A DNA stretch of 63,553 nt, the filler included, from Sphaeroforma arctica JP610 (Eukaryota): assembly GCF_001186125.1 (NCBI RefSeq). It is 7 parts of 2 records of this genome, joined end to end, with 100 filler letters (N's around TTAATTAATTAA, not from the genome) between each part and the next. Parts side by side here need not be neighbours in the genome. Positions count along the whole stretch, not along the records: positions 16,224 to 31,668 come from NW_014040522.1; positions 31,769 to 35,121 come from NW_014040522.1; positions 35,222 to 44,771 come from NW_014040521.1; 4 more parts are not named here. One strand, given 5' to 3'. The position numbers and the translations under genes were made by a program. Positions 23,144 through 41,042 of this stretch are shown here, in pieces. Every line of letters starts with the position of its first letter. The first letter of the stretch is position 1. The notes below the pieces were generated by a model, which was not told the origin of the DNA, did not search any database, and saw only the letters and a program-made list of their open reading frames with translations.

Positions 23144-26100
23144 ATGTTGGGCCATGTACTGAGTCTAGCTGTGCTAATACTACTGCCTGCATGCACACTT
23201 GCAGACGCACAGTTGGCTATAACCGATGTGAGTACTAAGATAGACCTGCGTTCACAGTTAGTCAAGACTGTACACACCATACGTGTGATTAATAATGGAG
23301 ATGCAGAGGCAACCTACTTCGAGGTACATTTCCCCGAACCTACAAAGGGATCGTATGCCTTTCATAGATGTGTAATGGATAAGACAGCCATGATACTCAG
23401 AGATGTCACGGAGGTGGATGCAAGCCGTACTCCCAGTGCTGACACGAAAGTGGTCAAGCTTAAAACCCCCATCTCTGCGGGACAGGAGGCGACTATTACC
23501 CTCCGCACGGTGGTCACACACGCTTACTTGGCTTTCCCTGCTGAGATCGCACAACAAGCGGATCAGTATATGAAGTACAGTTTCCAGAACTACTTCAGTA
23601 CTCCGTATGAGGTCAATTCACAGACTGTAACGGTGTCGGGTGAGAAGATTATTACGGTGAATGATTCGCCACACAAGGGCAAGAAGGAATCAGAACTCAC
23701 TGTCGGTCCCTACAAAAGTATTTCAGCGGATGCTGAAATGAGGTGAGTGTATGAGAACCTAGTCGTGACTGTGCTTTTATGCGCGTGTTCACAATGCCTC
23801 TGCATTTAATATATTTATATATATATATATATGTGTGTGTGTGTATGTGTGTGTGTGATGTGTGTTTGTGTTTGTGTTTGTGCGTGTATGTATAATATAT
23901 ATATGTATGTATGTATGTATGTGTGTGTGAGTGTTTGTGTGTGTATGTATGTATGTGTGTATATTTGGATAAATACACATACAAATATATATATATATAT
24001 ATATATGTGAGTGTGTGTGTGCATATTATTATTCTTATTCTTATATATATATATCACAATCCCGCATCTCACATCTTTACTTATGTAGTCTTGTTCATTA
24101 TCGGGGATATGTAATTTCATTTACACCTGACTTATCAATTCATTTGTCCTCTCTCAATCGTTTGCTAGAACTATATTTGTTCCTATTAGCTGACGTGTCC
24201 ATGGGCTCTCGACATAATCTGTAACTGGTTTGTGCGTGTGTATGTGTAATGAGATACAACTAGAAACGCACTATTCTTCGTATCTATCTCGGCGTAAGAA
24301 ATATTTGTTTGTTTCATATATTGCGGGTAATCAAATCTTGTGTTTGTTGATACCCAAGTATGTTCGAAACAAGGTAAGCTTTTCTCGTTTTTGAAAAATG
24401 AATTAGGTGTATAGAACGAACGGTAATAGCTATGCCAGTTTATAGGTCCATATTTTATTTTTCACTATGTATATATATATGTGTCTGTGTCTGTGTCTGT
24501 GTCTGTGTGTGTTTGTGTGTGTTTTATATTCTATATTTATATATATATGCATATTTATATACATACATTCATATATTTAAATATACATACATACATGCAT
24601 TTATATATATATGTGTGTGTGTGCGTGTGTGTTCTATATATATGTGTGTGTGCGTGTATGTATGTATGTATATCTACGGTACAGCATATGGCATGCAAGT
24701 GTATAAGTCATTGGTATACTTGGTGATACCGAACACTCTCGAATATGTATTCTTTATTGTATGCATAGGCGATATAAAATGTTATTCGAGAAGTAAAATC
24801 AATTTGATTGCCAAGTTGGGCTTTTCTAGTATCCCAAAGATCTAGGCGCCAATACAATTTCCTTGTGTGAAGCAGCAATCAGATGCATCGATATATAGTC
24901 TAAACAGCAACACGATTGCGGCCTTGGCATTAATTCAAATTATCACAACAAACTCTTCTCAATGCCACATTCTCGAACCACTTTATTGCGATGTACTTTG
25001 ACATTTCCGTCTGTACAGGCTCTTCATTGATAGTATGCTTAATTGCCTTGTAGAGTTTCTACCGTCGTACTCTGACATTCCAACACCACTCCATCTCTTT
25101 AGCTATACCACAGTCATCGTCAAGAACAACGCACCCTTCCTAGTGGCCAAGAAGTTCGTGCGCGAAATCTCTGTATCTCATTGGCAGAGAGTTAAAATCG
25201 ATGACATCCTCAGCTTACACCACGATGGCGCTAAACTACAAGGGCATTTCTCCCGTGTGGATTTCCAGAGGGCTCGTAACCAGGCTCCTGCAGCGATTCA
25301 GGGATGGAAGACCCATCTCCCTGTAGAGGCCAGGGACTTTGACTACAGAGACGAGGTCGGCAACATCTCCACCAGGTGTGTAATGGGCAATGTTGTATCT
25401 GTAGAGAGAGTTACAGAGATCATTTCTCAATACATTGGATAGTTTGATACCTGGGTGAAGTTTTATTTTTATTTTACGAGAGATGTGTTATTTCTTGATA
25501 CATTGAGTAGTTCCAACCGGAGTGGAAGTTTCATTTTGCGAGATATCAGTCTTGGATACGGCCGAAATTTGCTAAGTAGAGTAAAAGTATCGTTCGTTTA
25601 TAGAAAGGGTTGGCATCGTTGGTGCTTGTGATCGAACCTGCGATGTAAGTTAGGCCCATGGTTCTGGGTGTCGCATTGCTATTAAAACCACAGCTATAGG
25701 ACGATAGACCTTTGCATGCTTCAGATTTGTAGTTCCTGGACAGCAGTCGTTTTCTTGTTTACGTGTATATGCATGTATGTCGTTACTTAAAGATAGTAGT
25801 CACTTACCGATGCCGCGCGAAACGTAGTACCATAGGTATCTTGCTATTTTATTGGTCAGTGGTCTATTGTCACCGGTATCTTACACCGCTTCAAGCTGCA
25901 CATTCACACTCCACGAGCACGTTATAACTCAAGTTCATAATATATCCAACGCAGTTCGGTCTCGTCAAGCTTGAGCGGGCACACACTGACACTCATCCCG
26001 CGATTCCCGATCTTCGGAGGGTGGTCCAGTGGATACATGCTTAACTACACGTTGGACAACGCCAATCATCTGGCCTCAGATGGTAACTATGTGTATATGC

Positions 26101-28588
26101 ACGTGTGAGGTTGTTTGTTTACTCATCCATACAGTGTTTCGCAAAAAAAAATAAGTTTGTATATATATATATATATATGAGTTTCGCCGGATCTATACTT
26201 CGGTTCTGAGTGCACGCGTATTCACAACGCTGCAGTCTGACGACCATGGACTACCCAGCAGCAATGTTGCCGTGCGTGTGGCGCATGTTTCTTGAAACAT
26301 TGTGCGTCACAACACGAAGCATCGTCTCACACAAGGCATTCAGTGCTACCGATTTTTTCAAACGTGCCCGTTCCAGTTTCAATCGCTTCACCAACTCATC
26401 CTTCACTCTCATCTACCCGCAGGCAACGGAAACTATCAGTTCAAGGTTCCATTGGTGCCGCATGTGTATGACAACATGATCGTAGACGACCTGGAACTCC
26501 GCGTCGCTCTGCCTGAAGGCGCGACGTAAGTGGTAGTATGGTAATATAACCGTGCTTTCGAATTGATCTGGGTGGTAGTGTGGTACTATAGGCGTGTTGT
26601 CGAGTTGATTTAAGTGGTAGTATGGTACTATATCCGTACTTTCGAATTGGTTTAAGTGGTAGTATAGTACTATAGGCGTGCTGTCGAGTTGATTTTTGTG
26701 GTATTATGGCACTATAACCGTCCTTTCGAATTGGTTTAAGTGGTAGTATGGTACTATAGCCGTGCTTTCAAGTCGATTTGTATTACAGTAATCTCGTGTA
26801 CATAGTTGCTTTGGTATGATTGAGGAGCTTGGCCCATATTCTAGCTTATGCAATAGTTCAGACGGATTCATTACACACCCCAACGCACATGACCACGCAT
26901 GTTAACATATACCTTATGCACCTTTCCCTCTGTGTATGTGTGTATGTGCCTCTCTCTTTCTCTCTAGCGATATCACTGTGAAGAACAAGTTTGGGTTCGA
27001 CGAGCAGACGTTCGATGTCAAGCACACCTACTTGGACGTTGGGGGTCGCCCGGTTGTGGTTCTGACCAAAGCCAATGTTGTCAACGATCACGAGGCTGAC
27101 TTTGAGGTATAGTGTGTGGACGCTTATGTGCATGCATATATGGGACGTATGTCGTTTATTAATACTTGTGTATGTGTGTATGCATTCATGTATAGGACGC
27201 ATGTCGCTTATTGATGCTTGTGTGTGTGTGTGTGTTCATGTACGCAGAACTAGTCCAGCACCCAATTGTACAATTTGAAAAATATGTGATACATGAATTA
27301 TCAACGTATTCTATATCTCCCTATGTATTAAGATACATCTATTTTGGTGTGCATGTGTGCTTGTTGCCTTATCATAACGTGTGCGTGTCTAGATAGGTGC
27401 TATAAGGAGCGAGTCCGTAAACGAGATGCGCATGTTCATATTTGTACTTCAGTCAGCTGCAACGGGCTTATGTCTAGAACACATTCCTCCCTGACACCAC
27501 ATTTCAGATCAAGCACTCTCTACTAAACACAGAACACCTATCCTTCTTCCTACTAAACAAAGAACACCTATCCCTCTTCCTACTAAACAAAGAACACCAA
27601 TCCCTCTTCCTACTAAACACATAACACCTATCTTTCTTCCTACTAAGCACAGAACACCTATCCTTCTTCCTATCAACCACATCTCAGATCAAGCACTCTC
27701 TACTAAACACAGAACACCTATCCTTCTTCCTACTAAACACAAAACACCTATCCTTCTTCCTACTTAACACATGACACCTATCCTTCTTCCTACCAACCAC
27801 ATCTCAGATCAAGTACTCCCTGTCGTCAGGCGCCATCTACCGCCAGCCGTTGGTGTTGATTGCTGCGTATTTCTGCCTGTTTTCGCTATTGATCATCTAC
27901 CTGCGCTCTGACTTCACTATCGAGTCGGTATGAGTGCTGGGCCGTCTATTTGTCCTTCCTGTAGCTTACAGTGTCGTTAAACGTTAAACGCACGCGGGTG
28001 TGTTTATGTGCGTGTGCTGAGGTTTATCGCCAAACAGACATGTCTCACGCAATTGGGGCGAAACGGTTCGTTTATGGTGATTTATGTTTCATAGAGAAAT
28101 ACGTTCGTTCAGAGTGACACATGTTGGGTATGCGCTCTAGTACATCTGGTATTCATTGCATACAGATACGTGGTAGGACCTTACTTGACATAAGAATGCA
28201 CACGCATCCTTGTATAGTTCATTCGCATGGATGCGCTCGCAACCCTGTATTGTAAGTTTGTACATATGTTGTATGCCATTAGTGTACGCACATCGTTGTT
28301 TTGCATCCGTGCTTACGGCATCCTTGTAGTTTAATCTTTCTTTCGCCGTTGAGATTTAACGTGCATTCTTTCTGGTTTATGCGTTTCGATTACATTGGTA
28401 TGATTTGCGCTATCAAGATTTAACGGGTATACTTTCTGATTTATGCATTTCAATTCCATTGGTATGCCTTGCAGCTTTAACGTTTAACGGGTATTCATTC
28501 TGGTTTATGCATTTCGATTCCATTGGAACTACAGAAATCACACGCTGTCGTGCCGAAACAGGAAGTCACTCAGAAGAAGAAGGTCTAG
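23144..28588 (+). CDS. RPN1: Oligosaccharyltransferase subunit 1 / ribophorin I
   Basis: Exons 23144-23742, 25103-25375, 25955-26082, 26423-26525, 26968-27106, 27808-27927 and probably 28535-28588. Signal peptide, PAEIAQ, REISVSHW, FSRVDFQ, YRDEVGNIST, PRFPIFGGW, LPEGA, TYLDVGGRP and a TM helix. The last exon is inferred; the alternative is a stop at 27933. Confidence 0.93.
26528..26778. repeat. Intronic minisatellite, ~42 bp, about 6 copies, starting at the RPN1 donor
   Basis: Repeated AAGTGGTAGTATGGTACTATA..CGTGCTTTCGAATTG. Confidence 0.8.
27495..27815. repeat. Intronic ~30-bp repeat array with duplicated RPN1 splice acceptors
   Basis: CTACTAAACACAGAACACCTATCCTTCTTC units. ACCACAT(T/C)TCAG|ATCAAG occurs at ~27497, ~27676 and the real acceptor at 27807. 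Confidence 0.85.
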
Positions 28589-30566
28589 GAATTGACTTGA
28601 ACTGGAATACGAGTTAGGACTCGATACCGTATAGTTCATATGAGGAACATTATATATATATATGTGTGTGTGTATGTATGTATATGTAGTTTACTGAACC
28701 AAAGAGTGCTCGACTTGGTAGACTTTGCGTACAAAACAAAGCAGCATCTGCGCACGGTATTACACGTGTGCATCTTGCAGGAAACAGAGCGGTTGGGGTG
28801 ACAGACACTGTTCATTTGCGACTTCCACCTTGAACGGTATCTCTGCGTGGATCTGTACCTGTGTAGATTTAGGGCGAAAATTATATAACGATAAAAGAAT
28901 AGTTGGAAGCGTTGTATTTATATACTCGCAGCCTTTACTTTTCGTATTGTCTTTAGGACTCGTGGTTTCCATAGAAACGACATGCAAGTGGACAATAAAA
29001 TTTAATAATGATGTACGCTGGCCTGAGAGACTATAATATCAGCAGCAGACTCATTCCGATGAGATCGTACATTGACTGATACTGCCTCGTCCCGTGACGT
29101 CTCTGACACATCTCGTTAGAATACTTTTTGTCGTCCGTTGCATTTTGTACTTCAATTAGCTAGCCTTGTACACGCCTGGCTATAGCCGCCAATGAAAGCC
29201 GTGGGAGTACCCTAGCTAACCCTTCAAACCATGGTCCAGAGCGGCCGGTAGTGCGCGTGCATCCCGTCGGCAGCTACATCTATTAGGGCTCCGTGAAGCT
29301 CACTGGCAATTGGGTGTTTATACTTTAGTTAGACTCTCTAGGGTGTGGCAGAATTCTCAGTGATACAGACAGATGCTCTATGTCTGGCATGGCGCATGCG
29401 GTGCATTTGGCGTCGTAGTACGGGGTTATATGGCTTTAGTAGGAGTGCCAAGTTGGAGAAGGGTAGGGGCAATGTAGGGGCCTACCCTCACAAGAGCTTC
29501 ATCAGGAACCCCGAAGACAAAGGGCAACCCGGAAAACAGAGCTGAAACAAATCACGCTCTTTAAATATTTTTGACTCGTTCAATTTTCTGTATGATATAA
29601 TCATGATATCAGGAGGTTCAAGCAGCACATGCGAATTGAGCAGCAACCGGGGAAGGCTAGTAGGGCGTTGCATCTAGTGGAATTCTATCATGGACGCTTA
29701 AAGATATATGAACCTCAAGACCCGTGTCAACTACTTGTTTTAATGAGCATTTTCGAACTAAAATGTAGTAGTAAGAGATACTTTCAACTGTGGTTATAAT
29801 TATATCATCTGATAGAACAATATAGGGCAAACGTACACGCTCAGTTGTGATAAACTAACCAGCGATCTTTATATTGAACATATATTTGTCGTAATAATGC
29901 TGTGGGCTTATATAAATAACTTTACAATAAATACATATATCCCTCTAGGTCCTAGGAGACGTTGATGAATAGTTTTCGAGGAGACTCAATCCACAGGATC
30001 TGACATATAGTCTCCTACGACATAGAGCAGATCTGAATCTTATATGTATATGACTTTGGGACATATCATATGTAGCCTCCTGAACAATGAACATCGCCTT
30101 CTTGATAGACATGAATCTCTTTTTTTCAACAGGGGGCTATGAATTTGATACTTCCGACAAACCCTAAAACTCAGGGTTTGTGCTACGCAAACTTATATTT
30201 GTCGCGCAATTTTGGGGGGGGGGGTTTTAAATCATGAAGTGCCATAGTAGTCATACTCTAAATATACACTTAGAGCGTGTTGCTATACTTGCTATCGACT
30301 CTATATTTACATCCGGAAAAGATAAGAAAGATACCTTTATAGGCTTAGCCTCGTTTCAATTGATGCAATTGAGTTTTAGTACGGTTGTGACTACGCAATA
30401 TTCACCGTGCTGTTAAATAGTATACTTAAAGTTACTGATTTACCTTGGCTGCGTTCCAAGTTCCACAAGGTAGACGATCACACAACCCGAGACCAATTCA
30501 AGGCCTGCATTTGTACCAATCCATTAGCATAGAACATGAACACCCACGGCTGAGTCAGAGTCAGAG

Positions 30567-31454
30567 ATGGATGCGCTTGCCGTCAGAAAAGCCCATTGGC
30601 AGAAGATATGGTCTATCCCTAACACACCCTGGACCATCAAAGGGTATTCGCGCAGTGCATACCGTACCGGTTTTATCATCCCGGAATTGAATGTGATGCT
30701 AGACGCAGGTCCGCAACACTTCAGCACGCCGCACACTGTACTGGTCACACACGCACACATTGATCACATTGCCAACCTGCCACTCACTCTTATAGGCGAT
30801 GCGGAAAGTGGACTAGTAACGGATGTGTATGGACCGCAAGCAGCGGAGAAATACATTAGGAACTATATACATGCCATGTTTGAGGCGAACGCGATGCAAG
30901 AGATTGATGAGATTGATTGGTATAGATACAAGGGTGTTAGTGCACGCGATGTGATTCGCATGCCCATCAAGAAGACTCTTTTAGAGATGCAGGTGTTTGA
31001 ATGCGACCACGCAGTACCTACAGTGAGTTATGGGCTGAGCGAAGTGAAGCAGAAGCTCAAGCAGGAATATCTTGGTAAAGATGGCAAGGTTATAGCTCAG
31101 CTTAGAAAGGACGGTGTCAGCATCACTCAGGAGGTGGTGGTGAAACGGCTTGCGTATGTCTGTGATACGAGTATACGTGTATTCGAGATGAATCCGGGTA
31201 TTCTCGAATACCCAGTGATATTCATTGAGTGCACATTCTTGTTCGACGATGAGCTGCAGAACGCCATGGATACTCAGCACATACACTGGCAGCAGTTGAA
31301 GCAGTATGTAGAGACGCATAGTCATATAGAGTTTATGCTGTTCCACTTCTCACTGAGGTACAAGGATAGTGAGATCAACAGCTTCTTCCGCGAGATCACA
31401 GCGAATGGGTTGAGCAATCTCCGGTGGTGGACTAATCAGCCCGATGCGCAATAG
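30567..31454 (+). CDS. Intronless short-form (TM-type) tRNase Z / metallo-beta-lactamase fold nuclease
   Basis: KGYSRSA (EGxSxxG-like), MLDAG, THAHIDH (HxHxDH), DHAVP, KL-motif arm KQKLKQEYLGKDGKVIAQLRKDG, AYVCDT, IECTF, HIH and LFHFSLRY. Confidence 0.88.
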   Translation: MDALAVRKAHWQKIWSIPNTPWTIKGYSRSAYRTGFIIPELNVMLDAGPQHFSTPHTVLVTHAHIDHIANLPLTLIGDAESGLVTDVYGPQAAEKYIRNYIHAMFEANAMQEIDEIDWYRYKGVSARDVIRMPIKKTLLEMQVFECDHAVPTVSYGLSEVKQKLKQEYLGKDGKVIAQLRKDGVSITQEVVVKRLAYVCDTSIRVFEMNPGILEYPVIFIECTFLFDDELQNAMDTQHIHWQQLKQYVETHSHIEFMLFHFSLRYKDSEINSFFREITANGLSNLRWWTNQPDAQ

Positions 31455-32559
31455 CATGCAGTGTAATAGCTTGAATTGCGAAGTCAAGACTATGTCATAA
31501 GATAATAAAGCTATGCTCTCGTACATGTTAATATACAATATATCTTCTTAGGTTTCACCAGATACGTCGATATATCTGAGAAATTCGTACGGAATATCTA
31601 TGCGTACAACTGCAGCAATGAAAAATGCATAATTTCAATTCATTTATAAATCATAATATATATATATANNNNNNNNNNNNNNNNNNNNNNNNNNNNNNNN
31701 NNNNNNNNNNNNTTAATTAATTAANNNNNNNNNNNNNNNNNNNNNNNNNNNNNNNNNNNNNNNNNNNNATATATATTAAGATAGATAGATATATATCCAT
31801 ATCCATATCGATATCAAAATCTATATCTGTCTATTTGTCTATCTAATAATCTATGTATGTATGTACTTATCTTTCTATCAATATATATATATATACACAC
31901 ACGCACAGATACATATAGACATACATACATACCTATACATTTACATATATTTACATACACACACACATATATATATATAAATATACATACATACATACAT
32001 AAATATATATATCAGTATATATAAACGTGTATGTAAATGTATATATATATATAAATAAAAATATGCATATATATATATATATATGTATGTATTTATATAT
32101 ATATATATGATATGTTTGGCGTGATTAAATTGAAATTTAGCATGTGAAGGTTATACCTTGTGATCGCTGTAATCGAACAGGCGCCTTGTTCAACGATTGC
32201 AGTTGAAGTATTGCAAGTGTATCTATTTATATTTATTTATTATATGAGGTCACACATGTCAAAATCAATGTCGTTTTCGATTGTGAATTTTTTTCTTCAG
32301 TTTGAGGATGTAGGTTTAAGTGATAGCTGTCAACTTGACAAGTAAAAACTCACCAGCAGACCCTGATATGGATTGTCGTGATATTTTGGTGGCAATATCA
32401 ACAAGTTCGCAAATCCAAACTCCCAACACCAAGTGAGTCCTAATTTGCCTACTGCCTACGGAGTTTAATAGGACTCCTTAACCCATATGCAAAATCAGTA
32501 TATAAATAGGCCACAGAGCATTCTCATAGCCGCTACAGTCAGAGTGTTGTATACACCTA

Positions 32560-32820
32560 AGTTCACAACAGATAGTATCAAATATGCACACGTAAGTACA
32601 CAGGGGATAGTATTCAATATACACACGCAAGTGTACCACAAATAGTATTCAATACACACACGTAAGTGTACCACAAGTAGAAATAAATATACACACGTAA
32701 GTATACCACAGGTAGTATTATAAATACACACGACGGAAGTGCACAACAGATAGTACCTACTATACACAAGTAAATGTACCACAGATAGTATTAAATATAC
32801 ACACGTAAGTGTACAACAGA
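32560..32820. repeat. Minisatellite, ~37 bp, about 7 copies
   Basis: Repeated TAGTATT..ATATACACACGTAAGTGTACCACA. Confidence 0.75.
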
Positions 32821-33523
32821 CACTCGCACAAGCTACGCATAAGCATATTTACACAATCGACTGACAACACGCTCGGCAGTTCAGGGCACGTATTAAAGCT
32901 TACAGTAGACACACTCACACGATACATACAAGCAAACATACGTATACACATTAACAATCAGTATATCACAGTACTATGGACGTGGCTTTCATTTTCCAAC
33001 CAGTGCTGGAATTCTATCAGCAGGCACCTGTGGAAAGACGTGGAGACGTTACAATCAGTATGTGCAATACTTCACCCGGTATGTTGTGATGGCCATTGCA
33101 TCTATCGTGGGTGAGCGTCACTTGGTCTTATATGGTAATTCAATGCCTTGCAGAATATTCTTCTTTTTTTCATCATTTTTTTCATAGCCTTCTAAATTAG
33201 ACATGTTTATTTTATGCTATTTTTTTTTTACACAAATACGTCATTCCGTCACGTGTATCAAGTCGTATACGTCTGTACGACAAATACGCTCAACGTCACA
33301 CACACTCTCTAGAGTACTATACTGAACCCCGAAAAAAAAACATTTTCAATTTTTCATAGCCTCCTCAATTTTTAAAAATACCCACCCTTTAAAAAAAACA
33401 AAAGCTTTTTGTATGTAGTATTGTAGTTGCACCATAAATATGACCAAAAGGACATATTTTGAGTTTCTTTTTAAAAATAGTATAGTTATTTATGAATTAT
33501 GACAGTATTTGTTTATGTAAATA

Positions 33524-34587
33524 CATTCATACCTCCCCAGGGCCAAAAATTGGACATATATAGAGGTAGACATGTCTGGGTCATGTACTACCTGTGAGGT
33601 GCATAGGACAGATATGGAGCTGATAGTACCCTTTCTCTCACGATATTTCCTTTTTGCATGCACTTCGTTAGACAGACTAATAATTTCCTCTCCAGCGATC
33701 ATAAACCTCTGTATAGTTTTTAATACTTATACCATATGTTGTACGTGCAGCTTGTACGGCTTCTTTAACTTTATCACTCTTATAGTTCTCTCTCCATGGC
33801 TTGCTCAAGTCATATCCAGTCTTTTTGATAGTGCGCACGACGTCACCTTTCTCGTCGTTTGTTAAATTAACTCTCTTTGCTAGAACGGCACACACCTTTG
33901 ATAACACAGTTTGTTTGTACACCTTCTTTTTATTACTATAAGACGTCTCTTCACTATTGTATCTGACGCTTCATTTACCCCAGACGATGCACCTTGCTTA
34001 GACGTAGATTGTGTCGTGTCATCTTCCTGCATTACATCAGAATCAGTAGTTGTCTGATCTAACAGTGATACTGCTGATGCAGGTGGTGTCAATTCGTCTG
34101 ATTGGCTAGCTGTTGATGCATTTGGTGCCTTGCAATTATCTGTAGACAAGCAATAACCGATCGAATTCGATCCAAACCCCTCACCAAGATGCACGCCACA
34201 AAAGGCAAGCATATTACAATCGCAACCAGTACATTTGTGAGCACCTGATGTTAGTTGAGTGATCGTACACTCTTTCGTGCAACAGCGACCTAAGCCAGAA
34301 GTATCCTCCACGAACAAGAAGTAAGTCTTAGTGTACCTATGGCGTATTCACTGTGTGTAGACTACACATATGTATACTTTTTGTATGAAGCCTTACTGAG
34401 ATTGTATCCCGTGGCCCACTCATGGTTGGATCACTAGAAGAAATATTGATGATGAGTAAAAATTTAAACTGAGAGCTTCTGATTAATTAGTTCCAGGGCC
34501 CCAAAAGGGAGCCTGTTCCCTCTAGAGGGGTCGGCCCAGATAAAAAGTGAACACATATAGAGGTAGACACCTAAAGAGGTATGACTG
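33524..34587 (-). mobile_element. Non-autonomous pogo/Tc1-mariner-like DNA transposon remnant
   Basis: TA|CATTCATACCTC at the left end and GAGGTATGACTG|TA at the right (12-bp inverted termini, 1 mismatch, TA duplication). Subterminal TATAGAGGTAGACA near both ends. The broken minus-strand frame KRVNLTNDEKGDVVRTIK resembles the N-terminal HTH of pogo/CENP-B. Confidence 0.55.
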
Positions 34588-34605
34588 TATTTAATTGTTT
34601 TTTAA

Positions 34606-34636
<31 letters not shown>

Positions 34637-34832
34637 TGCGAGTATATGGTTTTGTATGTTTAAAAAACCCCCCCCAAAAAAACAACAAACACAAAACAAA
34701 AACTATATCAATCATAGAGACCTATTATCAAACAGATAATTTATATTTAGATATATGTATGATCAATTGATCATAGGTCGATTTATTTACCATCAATCGT
34801 GTGCAACCCTTCACATCTCGTACAGCTACACC

Positions 34833-35057
34833 ATGGGAAGGCCAGCAAGTGCATTAGCGGCGCCAATGACCGAGGCTGAACCGAGAGGGATGTCCATCTT
34901 TACAATGTTTGTGCTTGGCCTTGCTCTGCTGATGGGCATACATACTTTAGAGGGGCCTGTACTAGATGCTAAAGCCGGAACAGTTCATTTGGCCGCCCAA
35001 GAGGGGTTGTATTCACCAAAAGAAGATCTGAAGTTGGACAGACTCTTCGAGGGACAG
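34833..35057 (+). CDS. First exon of an APMAP/strictosidine-synthase-like type II membrane protein; the rest is lost in the gap
   Basis: A hydrophobic helix, then LEGPVLDAK..GLYSPKEDLKLDRLFEGQ|gtatgt, resembling APMAP LESPIDP..GVLHPNTKL..ERLFENQ as recalled. Confidence 0.5.
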
Positions 35058-35424
35058 GTATGTGAACGAATACTGTGCAGACAATATATTTAATGCTAAA
35101 TACTGACAGATCTATAGTCTANNNNNNNNNNNNNNNNNNNNNNNNNNNNNNNNNNNNNNNNNNNNTTAATTAATTAANNNNNNNNNNNNNNNNNNNNNNN
35201 NNNNNNNNNNNNNNNNNNNNNGTGTGTGTGTGTGCTTTTGTTCCCGTCCTGTTTCAAATATGCGAACATTTGTTATCTAGCAACTTGTCGCATTAGATTT
35301 TTTATCCGTCAATTTTTGAGGAAACTTCATATTGTTCGAAGCTTTATTTAGCAATCGTCTATATTTACTAAATACTATACTAACTTTTATCTAATCCCTT
35401 CAAATCTATGAAAATGGTATGTAG

Positions 35425-41042
<5,618 letters not shown>

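Noticed and set aside
26528..27800. CRISPR-like look of the 30-48-bp repeat arrays (also at 10665, 12645 and 46140)
   Set aside because: No unique spacers and no cas genes, in a eukaryotic intronic context.
34833..35057. Membrane-anchored N-terminal exon of ILK (HLAAQEG looks ankyrin-like)
   Set aside because: The splice phase does not match the next ILK exon, a gap intervenes, and the sequence fits APMAP better.
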